From contig CAZBHG010000001.1 of assembly GCA_964491735.1 (NCBI GenBank), forward strand, positions 1 to 54,424: a DNA stretch of 54,424 nucleotides, given 5' to 3'. Below are positions 7,285-16,931 of this stretch, piece by piece. Source of the stretch: an uncultured Eubacteriales bacterium. GTDB lineage: Bacteria > Bacillota > Clostridia > Oscillospirales > Acutalibacteraceae. Position numbers and translations under genes: made by a program. The notes under the pieces were generated by a model, which had not been told where the DNA came from, made no database searches, and worked only from the letters and a program-made list of their open reading frames with translations. Each line of letters begins with the position of its first letter. The first letter of the stretch is position 1.

Positions 7285-9930
7285 ATGGAATGGACATCAC
7301 TTAACGAACTGAGAGAAAAGTATCTGAGCTTTTTTGAAAGCAAGGGGCATTTGCGCCTGCCCAGCTTTCCGTTAATTCCGCAGGGCGACAAAAGCCTTCT
7401 GCTGATTAATGCGGGCATGGCTCCGATGAAAAAATATTTTACAGGTGAGCTTACACCACCCCGCGTCAGGGTCACGACCTGCCAGAAATGCATTCGCACG
7501 CCCGATATTGAGCGCGTAGGCAAAACCGCGCGCCACGGCACATATTTTGAAATGCTCGGCAACTTCTCCTTCGGTGATTATTTTAAGCATGAGGCGACTG
7601 CTTGGGCATGGGAATTCTGCACGAAGGTTATTGAGATGTCGCCGGACAAGCTCTATGTCAGCGTTTATCTTGAAGACGATGAGGCGTATGATATATGGAC
7701 AAAAGAGGTCGGTGTCGCACCCGACCATATGGTGCGTCTGGGCAAAGAGGACAACTTCTGGGAGCTTGGCGCCGGTCCCTGCGGCCCGTGCTCGGAGATA
7801 TACTATGACCGCGGCGAAAAGTACGGCTGCGGTTCACCTGACTGCAAGGTGGGATGTGACTGCGACCGCTATGTTGAGTTCTGGAACCTTGTTTTTACTC
7901 AGTTCAATAATGACGGAAGCAACAATTATTCAAAGCTGCAGAAGTGCAATATAGACACAGGCATGGGGCTGGAGCGTCTTGCCTGCATTTCTCAGGGAGT
8001 TGATAACCTTTTTGAGGTTGACACCGTTCAGAATATCATGAAGCACATTCAAAGAATTGCGGGCGTCGAATACCGCAATAATGCTAAGAACGATGTTTCA
8101 CTCCGCGTTGTGACCGACCATATAAGAAGCACAACATTTATGATAGGCGACGGAGTTATGCCTTCAAACGAGGGCAGGGGATACGTTCTCCGCCGTTTGT
8201 TAAGGCGTGCCGCAAGGCATGGCAAGCTTCTCGGTATCGACCGTCCGTTCCTTTCCGAGGTCTGCGAAACCGTAATCAATGAAAACAGAAACGCTTATCC
8301 AAACCTTGTTGAAAAACATGACTTTATTGTCAATGTTATTAAGAATGAAGAGGATAGCTTCAATAAAACAATTGACGCCGGTCTGCAGCTGCTTGAGCAT
8401 ATGCTTGAAGATATGAATAAAACAGGCATAACGGTTCTCAGCGGTGCCGATGCGTTCAAATTATCCGACACCTTCGGTTTTCCGATTGATTTGACAAAGG
8501 AAATCCTTGAAGAGAAGAATTATACAGTTGATGAAGAAACATTCAGCAGCCTTGTTCACGAACAGCGCGAGCGTTCCAGAAATGCAAGGAAGGATGCCGG
8601 AGCAGACGGCTGGAAGAATAAGGGCATCGTCACTAAGGGTATTGAAAAAACTGAATTTCTTGGTTACGAATCCCTCACGGCAAACGGTATAATCAAGGCT
8701 GTAATTATTGACGGACAGCGCAGTGATTACCTGGAAAGCAACACCGCGGCAACAATCGTTCTCGACAAAACGACATTTTATGCGGAGAGCGGCGGTCAGG
8801 TCGGCGATATAGGCATAATCGAAGGAGCTGACTTCATTTTTGAAGTCAACGCGGTTGTAAAAACAAATGACGGCGTAATTCTTCATCACGGCTCAATTAT
8901 TGAGGGCGAGGGCGCAAAAGCGGGGGATGTTGTAACATCAAAGGTTGATGTAAAAACCAGAGAGGCAACCGCACGCAACCATACCGCGGCGCACCTGCTG
9001 CAGGCGGCGCTCAGAACAGTCCTCGGCAGTCATGTTGAGCAGGCGGGTCAGCTTGTAAACCCCAATGCGGTTCGTTTTGACTTCACGCATTTTGCGGCAA
9101 TGACGGCACAGGAGCTTGAAAAGGTCGAGACTCTTGTTAATGAGACAATTTTGAAAGCTGCCGAAGTAACAATGACAGAAATGCCGATTGACGAGGCTAA
9201 GAAGCTTGGCGCGATGGCTCTGTTCGGCGAAAAATACGGCAGCATGGTCCGTGTTGTAAGGGCGGGAGATTTTTCAATCGAGCTTTGCGGCGGCACACAT
9301 ACTGATAATACGGGTAAGCTCGGTCTTTTCAAAATAATTTCCGAATCCTCCGTTGCGGCGGGAGTGCGCAGAATAGAGGGCGTAACAGGCTTCGGCGTTC
9401 TTGATTATATTAATGCGAACACTTCTCTTATCCAGTCTGCCGCACAGGCGATGAAGCTCGGAAATGTTCAGGAGCTTGCACGCAGGTCCTTAAGCCTTGT
9501 TTCGGAATTGAAGGCGAAGGAAAAGGAAATTGAAAGCCTTTCCGCAGAGCTTTCAGCTATTAAGGTTAAGGCATTTTTTGAGGACGCAAAGGAATTCTGC
9601 GGCATCAAGCTTGTTACGGCTGTTATTAACGGAATTTCTGCCGATGAAATCCGCTCTATGTCTGATAAAGCAAAGGAGAGCGGTGAAAATGTTGTCGCCG
9701 TTGTCGGCGGAGTCAATGACAAGGGTGTCGTCAGCTTTGCTGCTGCCTGCGGTAATGCTGCTGTGAAGCTTGGTGTCCATGCGGGCAACCTTGTAAAGTC
9801 TGTGGCACAGATTGCTGGCGGTTCCGGCGGCGGTCGTCCTGACAGCGCGATGGCGGGCGCAAAGGATGTCAATAAGGTCGTGGAGGCAGTCAATGCCGCT
9901 GAATCAATAATAAAAGGAATGATTAAATAA
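7285..9930 (+). CDS. alaS: Alanine--tRNA ligase
   Basis: 881 aa. FFESKGH, the PSxxLIP-like motif, FTQFN, the editing-domain HTAAHLL, CGGTH, and a C-terminal DHHA1-like region are all present. Confidence 0.95.
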   Translation: MEWTSLNELREKYLSFFESKGHLRLPSFPLIPQGDKSLLLINAGMAPMKKYFTGELTPPRVRVTTCQKCIRTPDIERVGKTARHGTYFEMLGNFSFGDYFKHEATAWAWEFCTKVIEMSPDKLYVSVYLEDDEAYDIWTKEVGVAPDHMVRLGKEDNFWELGAGPCGPCSEIYYDRGEKYGCGSPDCKVGCDCDRYVEFWNLVFTQFNNDGSNNYSKLQKCNIDTGMGLERLACISQGVDNLFEVDTVQNIMKHIQRIAGVEYRNNAKNDVSLRVVTDHIRSTTFMIGDGVMPSNEGRGYVLRRLLRRAARHGKLLGIDRPFLSEVCETVINENRNAYPNLVEKHDFIVNVIKNEEDSFNKTIDAGLQLLEHMLEDMNKTGITVLSGADAFKLSDTFGFPIDLTKEILEEKNYTVDEETFSSLVHEQRERSRNARKDAGADGWKNKGIVTKGIEKTEFLGYESLTANGIIKAVIIDGQRSDYLESNTAATIVLDKTTFYAESGGQVGDIGIIEGADFIFEVNAVVKTNDGVILHHGSIIEGEGAKAGDVVTSKVDVKTREATARNHTAAHLLQAALRTVLGSHVEQAGQLVNPNAVRFDFTHFAAMTAQELEKVETLVNETILKAAEVTMTEMPIDEAKKLGAMALFGEKYGSMVRVVRAGDFSIELCGGTHTDNTGKLGLFKIISESSVAAGVRRIEGVTGFGVLDYINANTSLIQSAAQAMKLGNVQELARRSLSLVSELKAKEKEIESLSAELSAIKVKAFFEDAKEFCGIKLVTAVINGISADEIRSMSDKAKESGENVVAVVGGVNDKGVVSFAAACGNAAVKLGVHAGNLVKSVAQIAGGSGGGRPDSAMAGAKDVNKVVEAVNAAESIIKGMIK

Positions 9931-9986
9931 CTTAGTTCCATGCGCTTATTTAGCTTTCAATGCTTAATTAAAATGGAGATGAGAGA

Positions 9987-10325
9987 ATGGACTGCTTATT
10001 TTGTAAAATAATCAACGGTGACATTCCGTCGAAAAAAGCCTATGAGGACGAAAAGGTCTATGCATTTTATGACATTGACCCTAAAGCTCCGACTCATATT
10101 CTTATTATCCCAAAGGAGCATATAAAGTCTGCGGCTGAAATTACCGAAGCAAACAGCGGCGTCGTTGCTCATATTTTTGAGGTTTCGGCAAAGCTTGCAA
10201 AGGAATTCGGGCTTGAGGACGGTTTCAGGCTTGTTACAAACTGCGGTGACGCTGCGGGGCAGAGCGTAAAGCATCTGCATTTTCACCTTTTGGGCGGAAG
10301 AGATTTTACATGGCCTCCGGGCTGA
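9987..10325 (+). CDS. HIT-family (histidine triad) nucleotide-binding protein
   Basis: The N-terminus is CLFCKIINGDIPS and the histidine triad is HLHFHLLGG. Confidence 0.85.
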   Translation: MDCLFCKIINGDIPSKKAYEDEKVYAFYDIDPKAPTHILIIPKEHIKSAAEITEANSGVVAHIFEVSAKLAKEFGLEDGFRLVTNCGDAAGQSVKHLHFHLLGGRDFTWPPG

Positions 10326-10351
10326 TAAATAATAATGACGGGGGATAACCC

Positions 10352-12580
10352 ATGCCGAGACCGTTAGCTGTTTTAGGCATAACTTATTTCTTTTGTCTTG
10401 CGGTGCTTCTGAATCTTTCTGTGACGGTTGCCGTAATTATGCTTTGCATTGCGGCATCCTGTCTTGTTGTGACGCTTATAATTAAAACAACAAGAGAAAC
10501 TGCAGTTTTTCCGACCGCGTTCTTTGCAATATTATTGGCATCAATAATGACTATTCTGACAGGCAATTATTATTTTGAGCCTGCAAAGAACCTTATCGGT
10601 GAAGATGTCAGCATCCACGCTCAAATTGTTGATTTGCCGTATGAGTATAACGGAAAGTTTTATTATACTCTTAAAACTATCGAAAGCGGCGGCGAAGAGG
10701 GCGGCATAAAACTTCGTCTTTCGTGTAAAACCCCGCTTGACGCCGAGCCATATGACTGTGTTGATTTTGTCGGAACTGTCTATGCCCTTGGCGGGGATGA
10801 CAAAGACATTCGGAATTATTATTTATCCTCCGGTGTCAGTGTCGGGGCATATACTTTTCAGGATATAGTTGTATCAGAGGCTCAGAGCAGACCGCCTTTC
10901 TTCTATATTCTCAAGCTAAGGGCTGCGATAAAAAGCACTGTCAACTCGTATCTCCCAAATGAAAACGGAGGGCTGATAACCGCTCTGCTGCTCGGAGATA
11001 CTTCGGGGCTTTCTTATGAAACAAAGCAGGCTTTTTCAAACACGGGAGTTGCCCATATATTTTCCGTTTCTGGGCTTCATATGTCTGTATGGGTTATGTC
11101 GGTTTTGGCTTTGCTTGAAGCTTTAAAAGTCAAAAGAAAAGCAGCCGCATTAATTTCGATTGCATTTTTATTTTTGCTTTTCGGGCTGACAGGTTTTTCA
11201 ACAACATGCATGAGATCGGGCTTTATGTACCTTTTGATGCTTGTCGGCTATATTGTCAGGAGAAAAGCCGATCCGCTGAATTCTCTCGGCTTTGCGGTTT
11301 TTGTTATCACGATTATCAGCCCATATGCGGCAATAAGTGTCGGCCTGCAGCTTTCATTTCTGTCAACTTTGGGGATAATCACAATGTATAGCCCGATATC
11401 AAAACCCGTCTTCAGAAGAATAAACATAATCGGCTTTCGTTTTCCCAGGAGTTTACTTAAAGCCATAGCAGGCAGCGTATGCGTGACAATTCCCGCGGTT
11501 GTTTTCACAATGCCTGTGATAATTTATGTATTCGGCTCTGTTTCGCTGATTGCGCCGTTGTCAAACCTTATGATTAATTATTCATGCTCGGTTGCAATGA
11601 TAACGGGCGGTTTGGCAGCAATAATATCTTTATTCGGCTTTTTGTCATTCGTTTCATATCCATTAATGTTTATTGCGGGGATAATGTCAAAATTTTCATT
11701 GTGGTGTGTGCGATATCTGAATAATTTCTCTTTTGCAAGCGTCAGCGCAGGCGAAAAATATATTATCATCTGGCTTGCCGGCTCTCTTTTGTTGTTTGCT
11801 TATGCCGCTGTTGTATATCGCTCCGAAGGTAAATGGGTTTTAAGGATGACTTCAATTTTCTGCATTATTTCGCTCCTTGCAGGTTTGCTTTCTTACAATG
11901 TCTTTAACAGCGGCGTGACAAAGATAACAGTTGTTGACACAGGCAACGGGACCTGCATTCTTGTAACAAAGAATTCACATGCGTTTATGATTGGATGCGG
12001 CGGGGATTATTTTGCGTCAAACAATGCAATTGAAGCCTTTGATAACAATTCAGTTGAATCTTTGGATGTTATGCTGATTCCGAGACTGAAAGATACGGAA
12101 TACAATGCCGTCGAAGATGTTATCAAACAGATAAATGCAAAATGCTATGTTGCCCCGCTTATGGATAATATACTTAGCTTTTATGACAGGACGAGGAATT
12201 TTCTGGTTACTCAAAACGCTGAAATAAACCTTTGGGATGTTTTAGACTGTCATTATGAATACGGCGATGACTGCTGTTACACGTATCTTGACATTGATGG
12301 GACAACAATTCTCTGTATCTTCAACGCAGGGTGCGATGTATCATTAATTCCGCAGCAGTACAGAGCAGCCGATATTCTTATAAGCAGGTCTGAACCGCCC
12401 GTGGAGCTTGCGGTTTCCGGCTTTTCGCTGGTTGTAATCAGTGCCGATGCACAAAAGTCGGTTGATGTGCTGCAAAATCAAAGAATGTCAGGCGTTTATG
12501 CGGCTGCGACGGCAGGATTGGGAAATATAGTAATCAGAACAAGCGGAAACTCGATTTTTTCGGTAGGGAGGCAAGGCTAG
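10352..12580 (+). CDS. comEC: ComEC/Rec2-family DNA internalisation channel protein
   Basis: 742-aa polytopic membrane protein with the competence-domain signature GVAHIFSVSGLHM. It lies directly upstream of holA, as in Bacillus. Confidence 0.8.
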   Translation: MPRPLAVLGITYFFCLAVLLNLSVTVAVIMLCIAASCLVVTLIIKTTRETAVFPTAFFAILLASIMTILTGNYYFEPAKNLIGEDVSIHAQIVDLPYEYNGKFYYTLKTIESGGEEGGIKLRLSCKTPLDAEPYDCVDFVGTVYALGGDDKDIRNYYLSSGVSVGAYTFQDIVVSEAQSRPPFFYILKLRAAIKSTVNSYLPNENGGLITALLLGDTSGLSYETKQAFSNTGVAHIFSVSGLHMSVWVMSVLALLEALKVKRKAAALISIAFLFLLFGLTGFSTTCMRSGFMYLLMLVGYIVRRKADPLNSLGFAVFVITIISPYAAISVGLQLSFLSTLGIITMYSPISKPVFRRINIIGFRFPRSLLKAIAGSVCVTIPAVVFTMPVIIYVFGSVSLIAPLSNLMINYSCSVAMITGGLAAIISLFGFLSFVSYPLMFIAGIMSKFSLWCVRYLNNFSFASVSAGEKYIIIWLAGSLLLFAYAAVVYRSEGKWVLRMTSIFCIISLLAGLLSYNVFNSGVTKITVVDTGNGTCILVTKNSHAFMIGCGGDYFASNNAIEAFDNNSVESLDVMLIPRLKDTEYNAVEDVIKQINAKCYVAPLMDNILSFYDRTRNFLVTQNAEINLWDVLDCHYEYGDDCCYTYLDIDGTTILCIFNAGCDVSLIPQQYRAADILISRSEPPVELAVSGFSLVVISADAQKSVDVLQNQRMSGVYAAATAGLGNIVIRTSGNSIFSVGRQG

Positions 12581-13623
12581 TGGCTGTTCTGACAGAAAAG
12601 GAATTAAAGCAACAGATTAAAAGCGGCAGCTTTGCCAATTTATATTTGATTTTCGGCGATGAAAGCTACTTAAAGCAGCACTATGTCAGCCAGATTTGCG
12701 AAAAGGCTGTTGATAAGGACTTTTCGGATTTTAACATGCATAAATTTGACGGCAAAGAAGCTGCAATAGACGACATTTCAAATGCAGTTGAAGCAATGCC
12801 TATGATGAGCGAACTGAGCTGTGTCCTTGTGAAAGATTTACCGCTTGATACTTTGTCAGACAATGACTATGAAAAGCTTGTGTCAATACTATCTGATTTG
12901 CCGGAAACCTGCGTGTTTATCTTTTATATTGATAATGCGAAGACTGACAAAAGGAAGGGCGGCAAATTCAGCAATATATTAAATATTGCCGAGCAGAAGG
13001 GGGCAGTTGTTGAACTCAACAAACTTAATTTGTCCGAGCTTAATAAACTGATTACTTCAGGGGTACAAAAACGCGGCTGTACCATTGATTACTCTAATGC
13101 GAATTATTTTATAAACTGCGTCGGCGATGATTTGAACCTGCTTCTCAACGAGATGGATAAACTGTGCTTTTATGTTAAAAGCGGCGAAATCAAAAAAGCA
13201 GACATTGACGATGTATGTGTTAAATCCATTGAGGCAAAAGTATTCGATTTGAGCAAGGCTTTGCTTCAAAACAACTGCGACAAAGCCTTTTCTCTGCTGG
13301 ACACACTCTATTCTCAAAAAACCGAACCGGTATTAATAGCCGGCACATTGATTTCGGCATATGTTGACATGTATCGCGCCAAGATTGCCATTCTGGCGGG
13401 AGAAAGAGCGGAGGACGTTTCAAAGTTTTACAACTATAAAAATAAAGAATTTCGCTTGCGAAATGCAGCAAAGGATGCATCCGAACTGACCATTACACAG
13501 CTCAGGCTTTGCCTTGATGAACTGAGCAAAGCGGATGAGCTTCTTAAAGGCTCGGGCTTTGATTCAAGGCTTGTCCTTGAGCAATGCATGTCAAAGCTTT
13601 TGCTTGCCGCAAACAATTCTTGA
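12580..13623 (+). CDS. holA: DNA polymerase III delta subunit
   Basis: 347 aa with N-terminus LKQQIKSGSFANLYLIFGDESYL. Its position after comEC supports the call. The GTG start overlaps the comEC stop by 1 nt. Confidence 0.8.
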   Translation: MAVLTEKELKQQIKSGSFANLYLIFGDESYLKQHYVSQICEKAVDKDFSDFNMHKFDGKEAAIDDISNAVEAMPMMSELSCVLVKDLPLDTLSDNDYEKLVSILSDLPETCVFIFYIDNAKTDKRKGGKFSNILNIAEQKGAVVELNKLNLSELNKLITSGVQKRGCTIDYSNANYFINCVGDDLNLLLNEMDKLCFYVKSGEIKKADIDDVCVKSIEAKVFDLSKALLQNNCDKAFSLLDTLYSQKTEPVLIAGTLISAYVDMYRAKIAILAGERAEDVSKFYNYKNKEFRLRNAAKDASELTITQLRLCLDELSKADELLKGSGFDSRLVLEQCMSKLLLAANNS

Positions 13624-13636
13624 TTCGAGGCTATTT

Positions 13637-14248
13637 ATGATTAAAATAGAACAGGTCGTTATTGTCGAAGGTAAGTATGACAAGATTCGCCTTTCTTCAA
13701 TGCTTGATGCCGTTATTATTGAAACGGATGGATTCGGCATATATAAAGATAAAGAAAAACAGCGCCTTATCCGCAAACTGGCGGAAAAACGTGGAATATT
13801 AATATTGACTGACAGTGATTCCGCGGGCTTTAAAATCAGGTCGTTTATAAGCGGTACCGTTCCGCCCGAAAAAATACTGCATGCGTATATTCCTGATATT
13901 TTCGGCAAGGAACGCCGCAAGAATGCCCCTTCAAAGGAAGGAAAAATCGGCGTTGAGGGCTTGCCTGACAATATTATATATGATGCTCTCTGCCAGGCAG
14001 GTGTAACCTGTGATTTTACGGCAGCGGCGACCAGAAGAATCACAAAGACCGATTTGTTTGAGGACGGTATTACCGGAGGGAAAAACAGTCAATCAAAAAA
14101 AGCGAAGCTTTTAAAATATCTTGTTTTGCCTGAGCGAATGTCAACAAATGCGCTTTTACAGATATTAAATGTGTTTATGGATTACGATGACTATAAAAGT
14201 GCTGTCGAGGCATGCGGCATTTCAAGGAAGGAGCAGCCTGTTGATTAG
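13637..14248 (+). CDS. Toprim-domain protein (RNase M5-like, DUF4093-type)
   Basis: [19 protein letters not shown] supplies the Toprim Glu and [15 protein letters not shown] supplies the DxD. The track ORF start at 13535 is an out-of-context extension into holA. Confidence 0.7.
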   Translation: MIKIEQVVIVEGKYDKIRLSSMLDAVIIETDGFGIYKDKEKQRLIRKLAEKRGILILTDSDSAGFKIRSFISGTVPPEKILHAYIPDIFGKERRKNAPSKEGKIGVEGLPDNIIYDALCQAGVTCDFTAAATRRITKTDLFEDGITGGKNSQSKKAKLLKYLVLPERMSTNALLQILNVFMDYDDYKSAVEACGISRKEQPVD

Positions 14249-14717
14249 AATAGGACACGGTTATGATGTTCATCGTTTGGTGAAAGGACGAAAATTAATT
14301 TTGGGCGGAGCCGATATACCTTATGAGCTTGGTCTTCTGGGGCATTCGGATGCCGATGTTTTGCTCCATGCAATCAGTGATGCTCTCTTGGGAGCGGCGG
14401 CATTGGGCGATATCGGCGGAATGTTTCCGGATAATGACCCAAAGTTCAAGGATGCGGACAGCCTGAAGCTCCTTGAGGCTGTTGTAAAAAGGCTTGAAGA
14501 TAACGGATTTTTCATTGTTAATATAGATTCTACTGTAATAGCACAGGCTCCTAAGCTAAAGCCATATATTGAAACTATGAGGAATAATATCTCTAAGGTG
14601 TGCAGCACCGATTTTTCATGCATAAGCGTCAAAGCAACAACAGAGGAGGGGCTTGGGTTCAGTGGCTCGGGAGAGGGCATTGCGGCACACGCAGTATGCA
14701 TTATTGAATCCAGGTAG
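14241..14717 (+). CDS. ispF: 2-C-methyl-D-erythritol 2,4-cyclodiphosphate synthase
   Basis: [24 protein letters not shown] and ATTEEGLGF are present. The TTG start at 14241 follows AAGGAAGGAG. Confidence 0.9.
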   Translation: MIRIGHGYDVHRLVKGRKLILGGADIPYELGLLGHSDADVLLHAISDALLGAAALGDIGGMFPDNDPKFKDADSLKLLEAVVKRLEDNGFFIVNIDSTVIAQAPKLKPYIETMRNNISKVCSTDFSCISVKATTEEGLGFSGSGEGIAAHAVCIIESR

Positions 14718-14732
14718 AAATGGGGTTTTCTT

Positions 14733-15635
14733 ATGACTACGTTTTGGGACTATTTAATAAACATTTGGGATAAAATCGGTGCGGTCTTTATGTCAATACG
14801 CATACCCGATTTACTTGACATATGCTTTGTGGCTTTTGTTCTCTACAATCTGTTTAAGCTTGTCAGAGAGACAAGGGCAATTCAGCTGTTAAAAGGCGTT
14901 GTTCTTCTCGGCGTAATTTATTTTGTTATTTCAACTTTGAATATGCAGGCAAGCTCCTATGTTTTTCAAAAGCTATTCAATGACTTTATTATTGTACTTA
15001 TTATCCTGTTTCAGCCCGAAATCCGTCATGCTCTTGAAAGTGTCGGGAGAAGCAGATTTACAAGCCTTAACATGAATCTTTTCGGCAATAAAAATGAAAA
15101 CGCAAGATTTGAAGAGCAGATGCAAAAGGCTATTGTTGAAATCTGCAGAGCTTTTGCAGACATGAGCAACAAAAAAATCGGTGCAATACTTGTATTTGAA
15201 AGAGATACGCTCCTTGGTGATGTTGCGGCAACAGGCACAATCGTTGACGCAAGCATCAGTCAGGAGTTGATAGGCAATATATTTTACCCCAAATCTCCTC
15301 TGCATGACGGTGCTGCAATTGTCAGGGGCGACAGGCTTCTGGCAGCCGGATGTATTTTGCCTTTGACTCAGGATAACCGAATAAGCAGTGAGCTCGGCAC
15401 GAGGCACAGAGCCGGTATAGGAGTAACCGAACAGAGCGACGCAATTGTTGCAATTGTTTCTGAAGAGACAGGAGCTATTTCGATAGCACATAAGGGAGAT
15501 CTCAAAAGAGGTATATCCGACAGCCAGCTTCGTGAGGAGCTTGTAGTGTATTTGCTCTCGGGAGACAGCAATAATAAAAATGATGAAAGAGGCAATAAAA
15601 TCAGGAGCATTTTCGGGAGGTTCAAAAATGAGTGA
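14733..15635 (+). CDS. cdaA: Diadenylate cyclase CdaA (membrane-anchored DAC domain)
   Basis: There are three N-terminal TM segments. DAC motifs are present: LHDGAAIV and GTRHRAGIGVTE. Confidence 0.9.
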   Translation: MTTFWDYLINIWDKIGAVFMSIRIPDLLDICFVAFVLYNLFKLVRETRAIQLLKGVVLLGVIYFVISTLNMQASSYVFQKLFNDFIIVLIILFQPEIRHALESVGRSRFTSLNMNLFGNKNENARFEEQMQKAIVEICRAFADMSNKKIGAILVFERDTLLGDVAATGTIVDASISQELIGNIFYPKSPLHDGAAIVRGDRLLAAGCILPLTQDNRISSELGTRHRAGIGVTEQSDAIVAIVSEETGAISIAHKGDLKRGISDSQLREELVVYLLSGDSNNKNDERGNKIRSIFGRFKNE

Positions 15636-16914
15636 GAAAAAGTTCTTTCACAACTTTTTTTATGATAATAGAGTAATTTTAATATTATCTGTAGTGTTTG
15701 CATTGATTTTCTGGGTTTTTGTTGCACTTGAATGCAGCCCGGAAGAGACGCGTGTTGTTGAGGATGTGCCTGTCGTAATAGATTTGAAAAACAGTGTTCC
15801 CAGTCAGTTCGGGCTGCAGATATTCGGAACAAGTGAATTTTATGTTGATATCACCGTAGTCGGAAAAAGATACGAGGTCAGCACAAGTGCTTTGACAGCT
15901 GATGATTTTTCGGCAACCGCACAGACAAGCTATGTCGATTCTGAAGGAAAACATACCCTTCAGGTTAAAGTCATTTCAAAAGATGCGGATGCCGATTATG
16001 AAATAACCGGCTACTCGTCAGAAAGCATTGAAGTTTATTTTGATACCTATACCGAGGGAGAATATACTCTTGTTACCGATGTTCAGGGTGATAGCTATAT
16101 TCCGGAGGGCTATATTGCACAGGATAGTATTATTTCCACAAGCAAGGTCTTGATTGGCGGGCCCAGTACAGAAATTGCAAAAATTGACCGTGTTATTGCG
16201 CGGGTCATTGTTGACGATGACCTGACCGCAACAACGACATTAAAAGCTGAGATTATTCCCATGAATGAATACGGCGGCACATTAAGGTACCTGACGATTG
16301 ATTCAGGCGGTATTGATGTCACCATAACCATTCCCGTTTATAAAAAGGTGGAAGTAAAAACGACGGTTGCCTTTAAAAATGCTCCCGCTTATTATATTCA
16401 GAATCCGCTTGTATACACTTGCAAGCCTTCAACCGTTACTATGGGCATTCCCGAATCAACAATTGACGACAAGGATGAATTCTGTATAGGGACAATTGAT
16501 TTCAGTGAGCTTTCCAAGGGCAATAATACCTTCACAATAAAAACTACGGATGTATCAGGAGCGGTAGTTTTGGATGACATCAAAGCTTTTACGGTTACGG
16601 TTAATGTCCCGGATGTCATTGAAAAGAGCGTTAATATTAATTGCCAAAACATTAAAATAGGTGATTCGACAGAGGACTATTCACTCAGCATTGCTCAAAG
16701 CGGTTCTGTCAGTGTGAGTATTGTCGGGGATGCAGATTCTATTTCCGTTCTCGACTTAACAAATATCACGGCGGTTGCTGTGACTCCTGAGAATATTATT
16801 GAAGGATCCCAAAAGCTGGAAATGAGATTATATTTGAATTCTGCAGATAATTGCTGGATAAAAGGGAGCTACAAAATCAGCGTGGATGCGAAAACGGTTG
16901 AGAAATCAGAATAA
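15628..16914 (+). CDS. cdaR: CdaR / YbbR-domain regulator of CdaA
   Basis: The ATG at 15628 overlaps the cdaA end. The protein has an N-terminal TM segment and a repeated beta-rich YbbR-like architecture. Its position after cdaA is conserved. Confidence 0.8.
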   Translation: MSEKKFFHNFFYDNRVILILSVVFALIFWVFVALECSPEETRVVEDVPVVIDLKNSVPSQFGLQIFGTSEFYVDITVVGKRYEVSTSALTADDFSATAQTSYVDSEGKHTLQVKVISKDADADYEITGYSSESIEVYFDTYTEGEYTLVTDVQGDSYIPEGYIAQDSIISTSKVLIGGPSTEIAKIDRVIARVIVDDDLTATTTLKAEIIPMNEYGGTLRYLTIDSGGIDVTITIPVYKKVEVKTTVAFKNAPAYYIQNPLVYTCKPSTVTMGIPESTIDDKDEFCIGTIDFSELSKGNNTFTIKTTDVSGAVVLDDIKAFTVTVNVPDVIEKSVNINCQNIKIGDSTEDYSLSIAQSGSVSVSIVGDADSISVLDLTNITAVAVTPENIIEGSQKLEMRLYLNSADNCWIKGSYKISVDAKTVEKSE

Positions 16915-16931
16915 TTTAGGGAGGCAGCAGT

